A stretch of DNA of 61,892 bases, filler included, from Stramenopiles sp. TOSAG23-2 (lineage: Eukaryota), in assembly GCA_900128395.1 (NCBI GenBank). It is 14 parts of 14 records of this genome, joined end to end, with 100 filler letters (N's around TTAATTAATTAA, not from the genome) between each part and the next. Parts side by side here need not be neighbours in the genome. Positions count along the whole stretch, not along the records: positions 31,113 to 35,444 come from LT650928.1; positions 35,545 to 39,868 come from LT650929.1; positions 39,969 to 44,277 come from LT650930.1; positions 44,378 to 48,685 come from LT650931.1; 10 more parts are not named here. One strand, written 5' to 3'. Under the pieces are notes generated by a model. That model was not told the DNA's origin, made no database searches, and saw nothing but the letters and a program-made list of their open reading frames with translations. The position numbers were made by a program, and so were the translations under genes. The first letter of the stretch is position 1. The number at the start of each line of letters is the position of its first letter. Below, one piece after another: positions 34,449 to 46,120 of this stretch.

Positions 34449-35444
34449 TTACATTTGCAATTTACCTGGTATATTACTCCTCAATTGCGCTTCAATTGCT
34501 TTTTTAGCAGGTGCTGCAACTGCATCTGGTGGCAACATTGATTTTAAACTTTGTGTTTGTGCACCATGTGCCATATTAATCATTTTTAAAAATGCTTCAG
34601 ACCATTTCTGTTTTGTTCTTTCATAATCATCTTTTGTTGTAGGATTGAAATATCCTACACAATCTTCTGGTGATAATTGGTTCAATATTGATGCAGATGA
34701 TTCTTCAGCAGTTTGTAAAAAACATGAATATTCTGGACCTTTGTTATGATGATCATGATCATGGTTATGATGATGGTGATCATCATGTTCATGATGGTGA
34801 TCATGGTCATGTCCATAACGTAAAGTTCCAACTTCTAACAATGTTTGTTGTTGTTTCTCCTTGAATTTTCTATGGATTTCATCAGCGTCACTGGCAAATA
34901 TTTCAAATGCAAATGAATATTTTGTTTTACCAATGTCATATGCATAATCTAAGCAGGTACCAGGGCATAAATAACCAACTTCTTTTCCTGCAGGTCCAGA
35001 TGGGCATTGACAATAATCAGGATTTAATTTATTTATAATATTTACCATATTCGATAAATCATTTGGATCATCATGGGGTATATCTGTACTATACGCATAT
35101 GGTGTATACATACCTAATGTACCACTATGTACTGTAACAAACATCGATGGTTTATAAGATTCTACTAAACTTTTTAATGTTCTAACTTCTGGTTCACTAA
35201 ATGCTTTTTTACCTGGGTATGTATCACTACCAAAAGAATCTTCATCTGCAAGCCAATGACTATCCCAGTTACGATTCATATCGACACCATTTTCATTAAC
35301 ACGTTGACATGTATTTCCTTTCTCAACTGATAGTCGACCCAATGGATTAGCAATTGGTACCATGAATACCTCGCTATGCGATAAAACATTCATCGCTTCA
35401 TTTTTGGACGCTTCGTGTAACATACATAAATCTTCCGCCATTCT
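34449..35444 (-). CDS. M14 zinc carboxypeptidase, 5' truncated, with His-rich insert
   Basis: VPIANP.G, R.NENGVDMNRNW, YPG..AFSEPE, VHS, catalytic FE. Confidence 0.9.
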   Translation of the reverse strand, partial: RMAEDLCMLHEASKNEAMNVLSHSEVFMVPIANPLGRLSVEKGNTCQRVNENGVDMNRNWDSHWLADEDSFGSDTYPGKKAFSEPEVRTLKSLVESYKPSMFVTVHSGTLGMYTPYAYSTDIPHDDPNDLSNMVNIINKLNPDYCQCPSGPAGKEVGYLCPGTCLDYAYDIGKTKYSFAFEIFASDADEIHRKFKEKQQQTLLEVGTLRYGHDHDHHHEHDDHHHHNHDHDHHNKGPEYSCFLQTAEESSASILNQLSPEDCVGYFNPTTKDDYERTKQKWSEAFLKMINMAHGAQTQSLKSMLPPDAVAAPAKKAIEAQLRSNIPGKLQM

Positions 35445-36070
35445 NNNNNNNNNNNNNNNNNNNNNNNNNNNNNNNNNNNNNNNNNNNNTTAATTAATTAA
35501 NNNNNNNNNNNNNNNNNNNNNNNNNNNNNNNNNNNNNNNNNNNNTAAATATTGTTATTGTTATATACATTAAAAACCACTACTATACGTGAAATGTATTA
35601 GTAAATTTATGAAAAAATAAACTAATAAAACGAAATAGAAGTATTTAAAAAGTCTTTTGTCCACTTCCAACGACAATTATCAATGTTATAATAAAACGTT
35701 TGAACCGATAATATCAATGAGATGTAACGATTTGATATCTCTTTTATATATTTTTTTTTTCTATCTATTACGCTATATATATATATATTTTAATGTATAT
35801 TTTTACAATAGTGTATAGTTTTATTTTTAATTTTAATTATTTTGTAAAGTGTTGAGGTCATCATAAATTTTTGATATTTGATATTGGATTTCGAGATTTC
35901 ACCTCAGACCAAGGATCGTAGAATTTATTAAAATGTCAAAATTGAAAAAAAATATAAAATATAAGGGCCAAAATAACAAAGGTTTACCAGCATATAGTCG
36001 TCTACAGTAGCTAAATAAATACTTATCATTATCATTATCTATTATATTATTTTATTGGCCTGATGTGTTT

Positions 36071-36137
36071 AGAGAGGATCGGATCCTCTCTTAGCTGGCT
36101 AGCCTGGCTAGCTCTTTAGCTGGGCTAGCCAGGCTAG
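36071..36137. repeat. Two adjacent perfect inverted repeats (10-bp and 14-bp arms)
   Basis: agagaggatc-g-gatcctctct (36071-36091); ctagcctggctagc-N11-gctagccaggctag (36099-36137). Confidence 0.9.
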
Positions 36138-36940
36138 ATGTGTTGGCGTATGTTTAATGAAAAAATTAAAACAGCAAATCTAAATATTCAAAAACAAGAA
36201 CAACTATCAAAACAAGTATTGAAACAGTTTACTGAGAGATTAAAAACAAATGAAATAGATTCACAACAATTTCATGACAAACAGAAAAAATATGTATGTC
36301 AAATGATAATTAATAAATGGGTCAATAAAAATATATTATTTGGTTTTAATAAATGGAAAAAGTATTCTACAATGATAGTTATAAGTAAATACAAAAAAGA
36401 ATTAAATCAATCGAAGTTACAAATGGAAGAAAAAGAGCGTATATTGCAGTCTTCGAAAAATATGATAAAAATGGCAATGGAGTACTTGAGTACCATGAAT
36501 TTATACGGGAGTTCTATGGCGAGAATGTATCCAATCATGCTCAACGCCAGCCTCCTATCACAGTTGGCAGTAAAAACCAGTCCAAAATGAAAACAACTCC
36601 AAAAATACATGCTACTGGGGGTAAACGCAAAATTCGAAAAGGCAGTGGCAAAAAGAAAAGAAGAAATCTCGTTAGCTCGCCATCATCAGTCGTTTCAAAA
36701 CGCTCTTCGTATGAGCCTAAAGCTCCTAAATTTCGTCAGACAAAGGAAGCATTAATACAAAAAATTGAAACTGATCGTAGATTCTATATAGAACAAATGG
36801 AAAATCAAGCGAATACATTAAGGGCGGAATTTGAATCAAGATTAAATGAATCGCATTTTGTATCGGCATCATTACAACAAATAGTGCGTGATCTGGAAAT
36901 GAGACTAATGCACCAAGAAGAAGGGGGGATCGAAGATTAA
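36138..36940 (+). pseudogene. Coiled-coil protein fragment with a frameshift near 36480-36500
   Basis: Two overlapping ORFs; the second frame is open upstream (EFYGENVSNHAQRQPP...); begins abruptly after the inverted repeats. Confidence 0.5.
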
Positions 36941-37392
36941 AGTGTTTTAGAGTGTATCTCAGAGGTAATTTAAAAATAAAAAATATGAATACGAACGCTT
37001 CTCGTATTTTAATATAAATGTACGCGTATTTTAATTTTTTATTCCTACAATTTTATATAATTTAATTTACAATTTTATATATATATTAATTACGAATATA
37101 CTATATGATATAATATATTAAATATTATGATGTATATGCATATCATATCATATGAAGAGAAAATTTTTAAATATAATAATTTTTTTTTAAATTCAACTCT
37201 TGTAACCCTTACGCAGATTTTCAAAATATGTTAAAATACACCCGTGTATTTCATCATAATTTTTCTTTTTTTAAAAAAAGGTAAAAATAAAATTTTTACG
37301 AATACATTTTGTCAAGAATAATGCGCACAGTTGTCTTTTTACACTGGCATCTACATCTTCATCAAAGTTGGAACCGATAGAGAAAAGTCCTT

Positions 37393-39207
37393 TTAGTCAT
37401 GACTCGTGGTACCGCTTCTCCGCCCTCCTCCTATTCGCTTTTTTCGTAATGGACTTATACTAGTTATGGGAGGTTCGTAATTATCGAGTAAATCCAATAT
37501 TTGACGTTTAATCGTGCCATTTGTAAGATAACCTTGCACTTTTGTTTTCAGCTCAGTAGCAGGCGTTAAATCATTAAATTTAATATTGACATCTGCACCA
37601 TGATTGAGCAAAATGCGAACATTAATAATATTCAAATTTCTACATGCTACATGCAACGGAGTCCCACATGTGGAAGAATTGTAATCTACTTCACATTTTT
37701 TTACCAATACATTCAAAATTTGTGGATTATTGCTTTCACTTGCTAAGTGTAGAATTGTTCTATCAGCATAATCCTTCACATCACAACTAGCATTAAATTG
37801 GAGCAATGCTTCAATTCCACCCAACGAATTTTCGTATGCGGCTCTCATGATATAAGTCCATCCAGTAAATTTCTCCCTGCGGTTGATCCTATTGTATTCA
37901 AGCCATTCGTTTCCTGCAACATCTTGTAGTAAAAAACTCAGCAAAATTTTTGTCACTCGTTTCTTGCTACTTCCTTTACATGCGGAAATTGCAAAGTGTA
38001 AAGAATTCTCAGCATTATGACATGGAAACAAAATATCTGCACCATAATTCAGTAACAATTTCAATTTTGACGACGATGCCCCATTTTGACAAGCGCTCAT
38101 TAGTGCAGAATAATAGTTTCCATCGCCAGCAATGAAGTTTACATCTGCACCATTATTTAATAATATTTGTAGTACTTTTTTTGGAACATAGGAATTAGCA
38201 AATGCAGTAGTAAGTATTAATTGTTTTTCAGGATGATGAATACTGCCACCTGTTGTACGCACAGGAACATTCAGCATCATTGCAATTGACAAAGAGGATA
38301 CACCAACAAACGGATTTGCGACTGTATTTTTGCTGCCTTTCTTGTTGTCATCAATAACAATAGTTTCATTGTTATCAATGTTGCTTTTGTTATTATGACA
38401 TAACGATAATAAGAGTATCTTATTTAAGTTATTAATACAGTCTAAATCTTCTTTCTTCTTATTGTTGATATTCTTGTAATTATTATTTTGAAAATTATTA
38501 ATATTTAATTCAATATAAGTTGCAAATTGTCTTAAATCCACCAACGAGTTGATAGCATGGTAAAATTGTATAATTGTTATGTTCATATTTAAATATTTCA
38601 TGCAAAATGAGTTCAATGCTGGTGTACCACGTATATCTATGGTTTTCAAATTACGATATTTTTCAGGATGATATTTGACATCATCAAAATAGCTTTCAAG
38701 GGAATGCAGTGAAATGCAAGTTGAAGCCAATTCAACTGAAGCCAATTTTTCATGGATGTTATTCTCGTTTCGTGCTGGGAAATTATGTATCTTTTGACAC
38801 CTTGTCAGAATTATATTTACAAGACTTTTGCAATTTGATAAAAAAAAATCTAATGCTTGATTATCAAATTTGCGGTATGCATCAGTTGGGCAGATACTTC
38901 GAGTATGCTGAAAAAAACATTGTCGTAGTTGCTTACATATTTTCAGATGCTTTAGACGCTGTTCAAAGCTTAAAAATGTATTTGTATGAGTAAATACAAG
39001 GGGATTGTAGAACAGCAAGTCAGAAATTTTTTGCAAATCAATGTTATCACTTTTAATACGATTTGATGACTTGCAAAATCGTCTTGTATTATCAATAGGA
39101 TTAGCAACAACTGTATCATTTGACGAATATCGTCGTTTAATAACATTACAAATATGCCCACTTAAGATATCGTTTGATGACCGACTTCTTCTATTAACAT
39201 GCAACAT
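37393..39207 (-). CDS. Ankyrin-repeat protein with an N-terminal F-box/LRR-like region
   Basis: LL..GADVN, SALMSAC, TILHLA, TPLHVAC ankyrin motifs; N-terminal 'FLSFEQRL..L..CKQL' and LRR-like segments. Confidence 0.8.
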   Translation of the reverse strand: MLHVNRRSRSSNDILSGHICNVIKRRYSSNDTVVANPIDNTRRFCKSSNRIKSDNIDLQKISDLLFYNPLVFTHTNTFLSFEQRLKHLKICKQLRQCFFQHTRSICPTDAYRKFDNQALDFFLSNCKSLVNIILTRCQKIHNFPARNENNIHEKLASVELASTCISLHSLESYFDDVKYHPEKYRNLKTIDIRGTPALNSFCMKYLNMNITIIQFYHAINSLVDLRQFATYIELNINNFQNNNYKNINNKKKEDLDCINNLNKILLLSLCHNNKSNIDNNETIVIDDNKKGSKNTVANPFVGVSSLSIAMMLNVPVRTTGGSIHHPEKQLILTTAFANSYVPKKVLQILLNNGADVNFIAGDGNYYSALMSACQNGASSSKLKLLLNYGADILFPCHNAENSLHFAISACKGSSKKRVTKILLSFLLQDVAGNEWLEYNRINRREKFTGWTYIMRAAYENSLGGIEALLQFNASCDVKDYADRTILHLASESNNPQILNVLVKKCEVDYNSSTCGTPLHVACRNLNIINVRILLNHGADVNIKFNDLTPATELKTKVQGYLTNGTIKRQILDLLDNYEPPITSISPLRKKRIGGGRRSGTTSHD

Positions 39208-40355
39208 AGTAATATTATACTATATTATTTTCCCAACAATATTGCACAAATCTTTTTTTTAAATATATATATTGCTTTTCTTGTACTTGGAGATATTATA
39301 TATATCTATACGCTGCATATGCTGCATGAAAAGAAAAACAGTCAAATTTTCATCGTATTAGTCGTTTGCGTATCTTTCTCCTATATATGTAACTTTACAC
39401 TCTTGCGCAAAAAAGGTGTGGAGAACGTGTGGCAAAGTGGCAAAGTGGCAAAGTTATACAAAATAATTATTTCATTATTATACCAAGTACCAAGATGTAA
39501 TAGAAGCTAACCTGGCTAACTTTGCAAACCAGCAAACCTGCAACGGTTTACCACTGCGTATGCCAGTATGGAGATATGCAGTTAAGTGTTTATCGTTTCT
39601 ACTATAATTTAGTATAAATTTGATATTGTATATATTTCCTATATAAGCTTACGCCACAGAAAGTGCAAATTGCAAAAAGTGTAGTAGTCCTCGTCGATCC
39701 TACCTTTTCTTTTTATTATTATTATACATATTATACATTTGTTGTCTTTACATACTGTATATATAGTTGTCTATCGAAACCACTAGAGATCATTTTTGAA
39801 AACATTTTTGCATATATTTATATCTTAAAGTGGAAGAAGATGGCGCCAATCTATCCAAATGTAACATGNNNNNNNNNNNNNNNNNNNNNNNNNNNNNNNN
39901 NNNNNNNNNNNNTTAATTAATTAANNNNNNNNNNNNNNNNNNNNNNNNNNNNNNNNNNNNNNNNNNNNTTGGTAACGTACCTATGCCAGTATTATGCATT
40001 ATTATGAGTTTTGTGTTTGGGTGGCAAATTTGATGTACTTGGTATGATACCTGGTATAATATTACAGTATTAATAATATATGATAACACTAGAGCTTTAT
40101 ACAATGATGTGTAGTGCTATATTAATATTAATATATATGGGACATCAGCCTTTTTTTATAATAGTGAAATAGTAGTTGTAAAAACAACAACATTGCAAAA
40201 GCTGGCAAGCAAGTAATAATAATAGTTATTTTTGATTTTGTTGTTGTTTTTATTAGTAATATGTATTAATATATATTAGACTGAAGCAATTAATATATAT
40301 ATAATATATATCCATGTTCAGATAAATAGACAAAAATATGTGAACAGAAAAAACA

Positions 40356-41732
40356 ATGTCATCATTAACATCTTCATCGTTATTAGAGGAAAATCAGGAA
40401 GAAGATGCGTCTAGCATTAAGTGGCATACTTTAAAGATTTTGTCCAATGAAAGTCAAGGTCCAAAGTCTACGAGACGTAGATCAAGAAAGTGGTCACAAA
40501 CAGAGGATGAACTGTTAAGAAGAATGGTTGAGGAAGAAATAATTATGGAAGGTGGAAATATGGAAACGTTCCTTTTTGAGCGAGTGCGAATGGGGTTTTG
40601 GTTAAACGTTTCAAATGCTGTAAATGAAAATAATGTAACAAATGAATATAAAAGTCGAGATAGTTGTAGAAATAGATGGATGCAACATCTTCAACATAAT
40701 AATCTGCGACAAGATCGTATGTCTGAAAAAGAAATATATTTGATATTATTAGCTATAGATCGATTAAAAACAAAATACAACAATTCGTTACCAAGACATA
40801 CATGGAAAAAATTAAGCTTAGCATTTCCAGGCAGAAACGAAGTAGATATAAAAAATGCCTATCAAAGTTTTCAACGCCAAAAAATTGTAGCCCACGATTT
40901 AGGTGACAATTTAGATAAATCGAAATTACGACCAAGAGACATCAACAATAGCAATAATGAAATTGATTTTTGGGCAAATGATGATGATACGTTATGGTTA
41001 AAATTGTCAAACGCAATGAAAGAAAATGATCGTATACAATCACAGTATGTAAATAAAAAACGTCGACGGTTACATACTATTGAAACTGAACAAAATGCAT
41101 ATGAAAAAAAAAAGAGGAAGAGGACAGAGGAATTACTTTTGAATATTGCAGAAGATGCTATTCATCATTTAACAAGGGAGAGTAGTAGCAGTAGTAATAG
41201 CAGTAATAATAGTACCATGACAACAGAAACTACAACGAATGATACATATGGTGAAAGCAATGAAATGGATCTAGACGATTTAATTGGAATGCAGCCATTA
41301 TCAAATTTAAGAATTTATGCAAGAAAGCTTGGTATTAAATTGAAGCACACGAGTAAAGTAATGGTGGTTGGTGACATTTGTAAAGCAATATATGAAAATA
41401 ATGAATTATTAGATAACATGATGAAATTATTGAATGAAAACAATGTGTTAGATTCTAGTATAAATGAACATACATTTACCATTATAGAAGAAAATCATCA
41501 ACAGCAACAAGAAGAAGAACAGTCTAATGATAATAGTGGTGGGGATAAAAATAATACCACTGCTACTAGTACAACAATTAGTGTGACTATGTTACCGACA
41601 AAACCAGTTAAAAAAAGAAGTACGAATCGTAAGAATGCTGGGAATAAAGATGATAGGAAGAAGAACCATGGAAATATACTTGTAATAGAGACGGATGATC
41701 AGAATTTAAATCGATTGATTCGTCGTGTATAA
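40356..41732 (+). CDS. Myb-domain (R2R3-like) transcription factor
   Basis: WSQTEDELL...W..VS...CRNRWMQHL and a second repeat WKKLS..FPGRNEVDIKN. Confidence 0.85.
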   Translation: MSSLTSSSLLEENQEEDASSIKWHTLKILSNESQGPKSTRRRSRKWSQTEDELLRRMVEEEIIMEGGNMETFLFERVRMGFWLNVSNAVNENNVTNEYKSRDSCRNRWMQHLQHNNLRQDRMSEKEIYLILLAIDRLKTKYNNSLPRHTWKKLSLAFPGRNEVDIKNAYQSFQRQKIVAHDLGDNLDKSKLRPRDINNSNNEIDFWANDDDTLWLKLSNAMKENDRIQSQYVNKKRRRLHTIETEQNAYEKKKRKRTEELLLNIAEDAIHHLTRESSSSSNSSNNSTMTTETTTNDTYGESNEMDLDDLIGMQPLSNLRIYARKLGIKLKHTSKVMVVGDICKAIYENNELLDNMMKLLNENNVLDSSINEHTFTIIEENHQQQQEEEQSNDNSGGDKNNTTATSTTISVTMLPTKPVKKRSTNRKNAGNKDDRKKNHGNILVIETDDQNLNRLIRRV

Positions 41733-42118
41733 AAATCACCATACATTTATATTTAATGGTGTGGTACCAGTGTGCGTGTAATTTAAAAAAGTTCTCGTCC
41801 CAGTACGAGGTATATATATATATATATATATTAATTACTTTTTACACACGCTCTAAAATATTTTATATGGTGCATATTTAAGAAGTGCGATATTCTTTTT
41901 TTTAAAAAACATTCTCTTTGTGTGAATCAAATATCAAACATATTTTTTTATTTTCTCCCCTGTTTATTTTGCTCCATAGATATAAACTTGTTTTCGGACA
42001 ATCTCTCTGAAGAGAATGGTATCGCGTATGATACATGTAATATTACATCAATAATACTCTCTCACTCACTCTCTCTCTCTCTCTCTCTCTTCGTGTGTAT
42101 GAGTGTGCGTATGTTCTT

Positions 42119-43438
42119 TTAAAATTCTGATTTATCTCTTCCTTTCACTTTTTTTAAATCTTCTGCTGTAACATTGTATACTTGTCCACCTTCATATCCA
42201 GCAAAAACTTTTGCGGCCATTTCAACTTGTGCATCCGCTGGTACTCTTTCAGGTGGAATAGGAATACGGTCCACCACTTCAATACCAGCACGTACTATTG
42301 CATTGTATTTCATATCACTCATGGACATCAATTGATCAATTTTTGTAACACCTAACCATAATAAAACATCTGGCATCAAGGATTGAAAGCGTACATCTTC
42401 AACACCAGCAACATTTGCCGTACAATTAAAATATTCCTCTGCTCTGTCACCACCTTTTTGCCGTTTACGAGCGTTGTATACTAAATATTTAGTAACTTCA
42501 CCTAACGCACGTCCTTCTTTTCGAAAGTAAACTATAATACCACAACCACCTTTCTGCGCCATTTTAATACACATTTCAATACCATGTACCAAATATGGAC
42601 GGCATGTACAAATGTCGCTTCCAAATACATCTGATCCATTGCATTCATCATGTACGCGCACTGCTAATTTTTTGTTTGGGTCCCTGATCCCGGCTGGATC
42701 GCCAAAAATATATGCCGTTAAACCACCGATTGGAGGCAAGAAAATATCAAGATCCGTACGTGTCAAAAGTTCAGGGAACATTCCGTTTGTTTGTTGAAAT
42801 AAATGTTGCCGTAATTCAGATACAGTGCAATTAAAACGTTTTGCTAAATTTGGTAAATACCATACTGGATCAACTGCTGCTTTCCCTGTTGATATTTGGC
42901 CACTTTCATGCAATATTTTACCATCTGCTTTTAACGTACCAAGTCTTACCATATCCATAATTTCAGGTATGTCTATATGTGCTTTGGTCACTGCAATAGT
43001 AGGGCGTACATCAATACCTTTTGTTAAATACTTTTCACTAAATGCTTGTTTAATTTTATGACCCCATGGATCCATCGTACATATGCTTTTGTATGGATCG
43101 GTGCCAAACCAACTTTTATTTGGTGGAATATCGAAGCTGGGCTGTGTATTATGCAAATCAGGTTTATATGTAGGATCTAACGAACCATTTGCAACTGCTA
43201 ATGCTTTGTAAACCATATATGAACCACCATGTGCACCAATAGCATTACGTGGCACTTTAAGTTGTTCGACGCCAATAACAGGACGTCGTTCGTCTGGTGT
43301 TTCTGCACCCCAATTAAGTTTCACTTCAGCAGATTGTTTCGTTGGATGTGTAGTTAATGCAACATATCCGATTCCGAATGATGGTGTATGTTTTCTTTTT
43401 TTACTTTCAGAAGAGGAAGATGATGATGATGATGACAT
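42119..43438 (-). CDS. URC1: Urc1/Urg1-type GTP cyclohydrolase II-like protein (uracil catabolism)
   Basis: N-terminal RNAIGAHGGSY..Y.ALAVA.G.L; RVHDECNGSDVFGSDICTCRPYL, YFRKEGRALGEVTKYLVYNARKRQ, SMSDMKYNAI. Confidence 0.9.
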   Translation of the reverse strand: MSSSSSSSSSESKKRKHTPSFGIGYVALTTHPTKQSAEVKLNWGAETPDERRPVIGVEQLKVPRNAIGAHGGSYMVYKALAVANGSLDPTYKPDLHNTQPSFDIPPNKSWFGTDPYKSICTMDPWGHKIKQAFSEKYLTKGIDVRPTIAVTKAHIDIPEIMDMVRLGTLKADGKILHESGQISTGKAAVDPVWYLPNLAKRFNCTVSELRQHLFQQTNGMFPELLTRTDLDIFLPPIGGLTAYIFGDPAGIRDPNKKLAVRVHDECNGSDVFGSDICTCRPYLVHGIEMCIKMAQKGGCGIIVYFRKEGRALGEVTKYLVYNARKRQKGGDRAEEYFNCTANVAGVEDVRFQSLMPDVLLWLGVTKIDQLMSMSDMKYNAIVRAGIEVVDRIPIPPERVPADAQVEMAAKVFAGYEGGQVYNVTAEDLKKVKGRDKSEF

Positions 43439-44377
43439 TATAATATATTTATTAACTATAGTTTTTTTGTATTTTTTTTTTATTATTAATATATACTTTT
43501 AAATTAATTATATTATTATTCTGTTGTTTCTTTCGTATAAAATTTGATTTTGTTCTATCTAATTTATTGAGAGTTATAGATATATTTTCTTGTTACTCTA
43601 TATAAAAACAATATTATTCTATCAAAAACGATATAGAAAAAATATTATGTGGTTAAAATGTTTTTGAATGTATTTCCTAAACATCTATATATGTAAATCT
43701 ATATCTACGTATTATTTGCATATTTTCTATCGTGCGCACTAGAAGAAGAAGAAGTATGTGTGAAAAAATAAACTGTCTAATTATTCAAAAATTAGAAGGC
43801 AAATAGCATTGACTTTGACTAAATGTACATTAAGGGAACCAAAAATTCCAGTAAAATATTTTCGGCTATGATCGGTTCTTCAAGTACTGTATTGTACTGT
43901 ACTGTTGTCGCTGGATCTACTACAATTGTATTAACATAGCATAGTACTATTATAATAATACTAACATAGCATGCCGCATTTCATCTTTTTTGCGAATTTG
44001 CTCATCGCTGCTGCTTTTTGCCGTTGTGCTGTCGTGCTGTCCAGCTGGGCCAGTCTTAGGGCCAGCTGTCGTCTGATGATGATGGGCTCTCCAGCTCTCC
44101 GGCTCTGTGCTGGCCAGCTTAAGCTGGGCTCTTTTTCTTTCTAGCCAGCTAGCAGCCAATATGGCAATCCAGGCAACAAAAAAAGATACCACATGTGTTT
44201 ATTTCTAAAGTACTATATAGTGAAGAACTATGTACTCACACATAATATTCTACATCTTGGTAATATAGATAGATATANNNNNNNNNNNNNNNNNNNNNNN
44301 NNNNNNNNNNNNNNNNNNNNNTTAATTAATTAANNNNNNNNNNNNNNNNNNNNNNNNNNNNNNNNNNNNNNNNNNNN

Positions 44378-44507
44378 TACCCCAATGTAATTTTTCAAAA
44401 CCTTTTGTTGAATTTGTAAATGATTTGTAATTTGATATGTTGTTTTTTAAATTTGTTGCGTCAATATGCTGTTTTCTTGTACGTCGTCTTTTACGAATTT
44501 TAGACAT
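44378..44507 (-). CDS. Probable N-terminus of an unknown basic protein, truncated by contig edge
   Basis: ATG after an A-rich leader, MSKIRKRRRTRK, open to the gap. Confidence 0.4.
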
Positions 44508-45075
44508 GTTTTTTTCTTGTAATCGTAAATAAATAAATTTAAATCTGTTTTAGTTTCGTTTATATCAATTCAATTTTTGTTTTTATCCTTTCTTTCTGTT
44601 TTTTTCTTTTTAAAATCTATATACGTCGTTTATTCTATTTATATTGCTAATATTTTATTGTTGTTGCAGTTTGGTATTATTATTATTGGTTATGGTGCAT
44701 TGGACATAAATGTTGGTTTACTTTTTTGTTGGTGGTATTATTACCAGGTATAGCACTATACGAGGATACGAGGACGTAGCAGCAGAGAGAAGGTTAAGGT
44801 TTTCTACTGTGTTTACTACCAACATTTTCCAGCCAAAATAGCATGGACATACCTACTAACTGGCCTAGTACCACTGTTTCTGCGCGGGCGAGAGGTCATA
44901 TTATTTGTAGTATGAAAATAAAGGACCGTATAATAATATAGAAATACAACACACAACATACATATATAGATATACAGATACACAGACAGAGAGACGAAAA
45001 TACAAAACACAAAACACAAAAACCAAACAAACACAACAACAAAAACCAAACAAACACAAAAAACAAACGTAAATA

Positions 45076-45990
45076 ATGAACCCACAAATGAAAATCCAAT
45101 GTGAAGCTTACCTTGTTGGTAAGGTGGTGGGGAAAAACGGTAAACATATAAACAAAATTAAATCTGAAGTGAAATGCAAAGGATTAACTATCCAACATTA
45201 CCAAACTTCTGATGATGCATATTTCTATATTACATATCCATATAGTTGTAAAAACAACGCTTTGTTTGCAGCAAACATGATGCGAAACCATGTAGCAGCA
45301 ACTAAATTAATCGTCGATGGAATAAAGATCCCATGTGATAAACATCTTGTTGGAAAAATTGTAGGAAAAAGATGGTGCAACATCAAACAAATCAAGAAAG
45401 AAACTAAAGTCGATGACATAAATTACAATGAAGATTTATACTTTCATGTGACTGGATTTAGAAAAAATTCTCTTCGTGCTGTCGAATTATTAAACAAACG
45501 TATCGCAAAAGCAAAAGCGCATCTTGCAAGTCAACCATTTCTAAAAAACGATTCATTTAGTGCAAATGTCGATAGGTTACGGCAAAGGAATGTCGAAGAC
45601 ACTATGCCAGAGGATGAAAAGATCAAGGTGCTATGTGAAGAAAATCTCGTTAGACGAATTGTTGGTAAAAAATGGAACAACATCCAACAAATCAAGAAAA
45701 AATGCCATGTCAAAGACATCAGGTACAACGATGAACTTTTCTACTTTCATATAATTGTTGCCAATAATAATAGGTTACAAAAGCATGTTGCACTTAAAAA
45801 TGCTAATAAAGCAGCAGAAATGTTAAAGAAGCAAATTGCGCAAGTGAAAAAAGCTATAAGAGATGCAAAGAAAAGGGAAAAAGATGAACGTAAGAAGGAG
45901 GCATCATCAGCTAAGAATAAGAAGAAAGGGGAGAACAGTATGACGAAATCATATTCATCTACTTCGTTATCTACGATATCGTCGACTTAA
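45076..45990 (+). CDS. Triple KH-domain RNA-binding-like protein
   Basis: Three repeats: LVGKVVGKNGKHINKIK, LVGKIVGKRWCNIKQIK, LVRRIVGKKWNNIQQIK. Confidence 0.8.
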   Translation: MNPQMKIQCEAYLVGKVVGKNGKHINKIKSEVKCKGLTIQHYQTSDDAYFYITYPYSCKNNALFAANMMRNHVAATKLIVDGIKIPCDKHLVGKIVGKRWCNIKQIKKETKVDDINYNEDLYFHVTGFRKNSLRAVELLNKRIAKAKAHLASQPFLKNDSFSANVDRLRQRNVEDTMPEDEKIKVLCEENLVRRIVGKKWNNIQQIKKKCHVKDIRYNDELFYFHIIVANNNRLQKHVALKNANKAAEMLKKQIAQVKKAIRDAKKREKDERKKEASSAKNKKKGENSMTKSYSSTSLSTISST

Positions 45991-46120
45991 TCGAATTCTG
46001 ATCAACGCGTATAATTTTCTAAGATATACGTTTGTTCCTTCTTTTTTTTTTTTTTTAATGGTTTCAAAATGAGTTATTGAATGGAGAACCATTTTGAAAA
46101 ATTGTTGGAGATTTAATTTT

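Noticed and set aside
42119-43438. Riboflavin biosynthesis ribA call
   Set aside because: The long N-terminal domain and the SDVFGSDICTC and SMSDMK motifs match the Urc1/Urg1 subfamily rather than canonical RibA.
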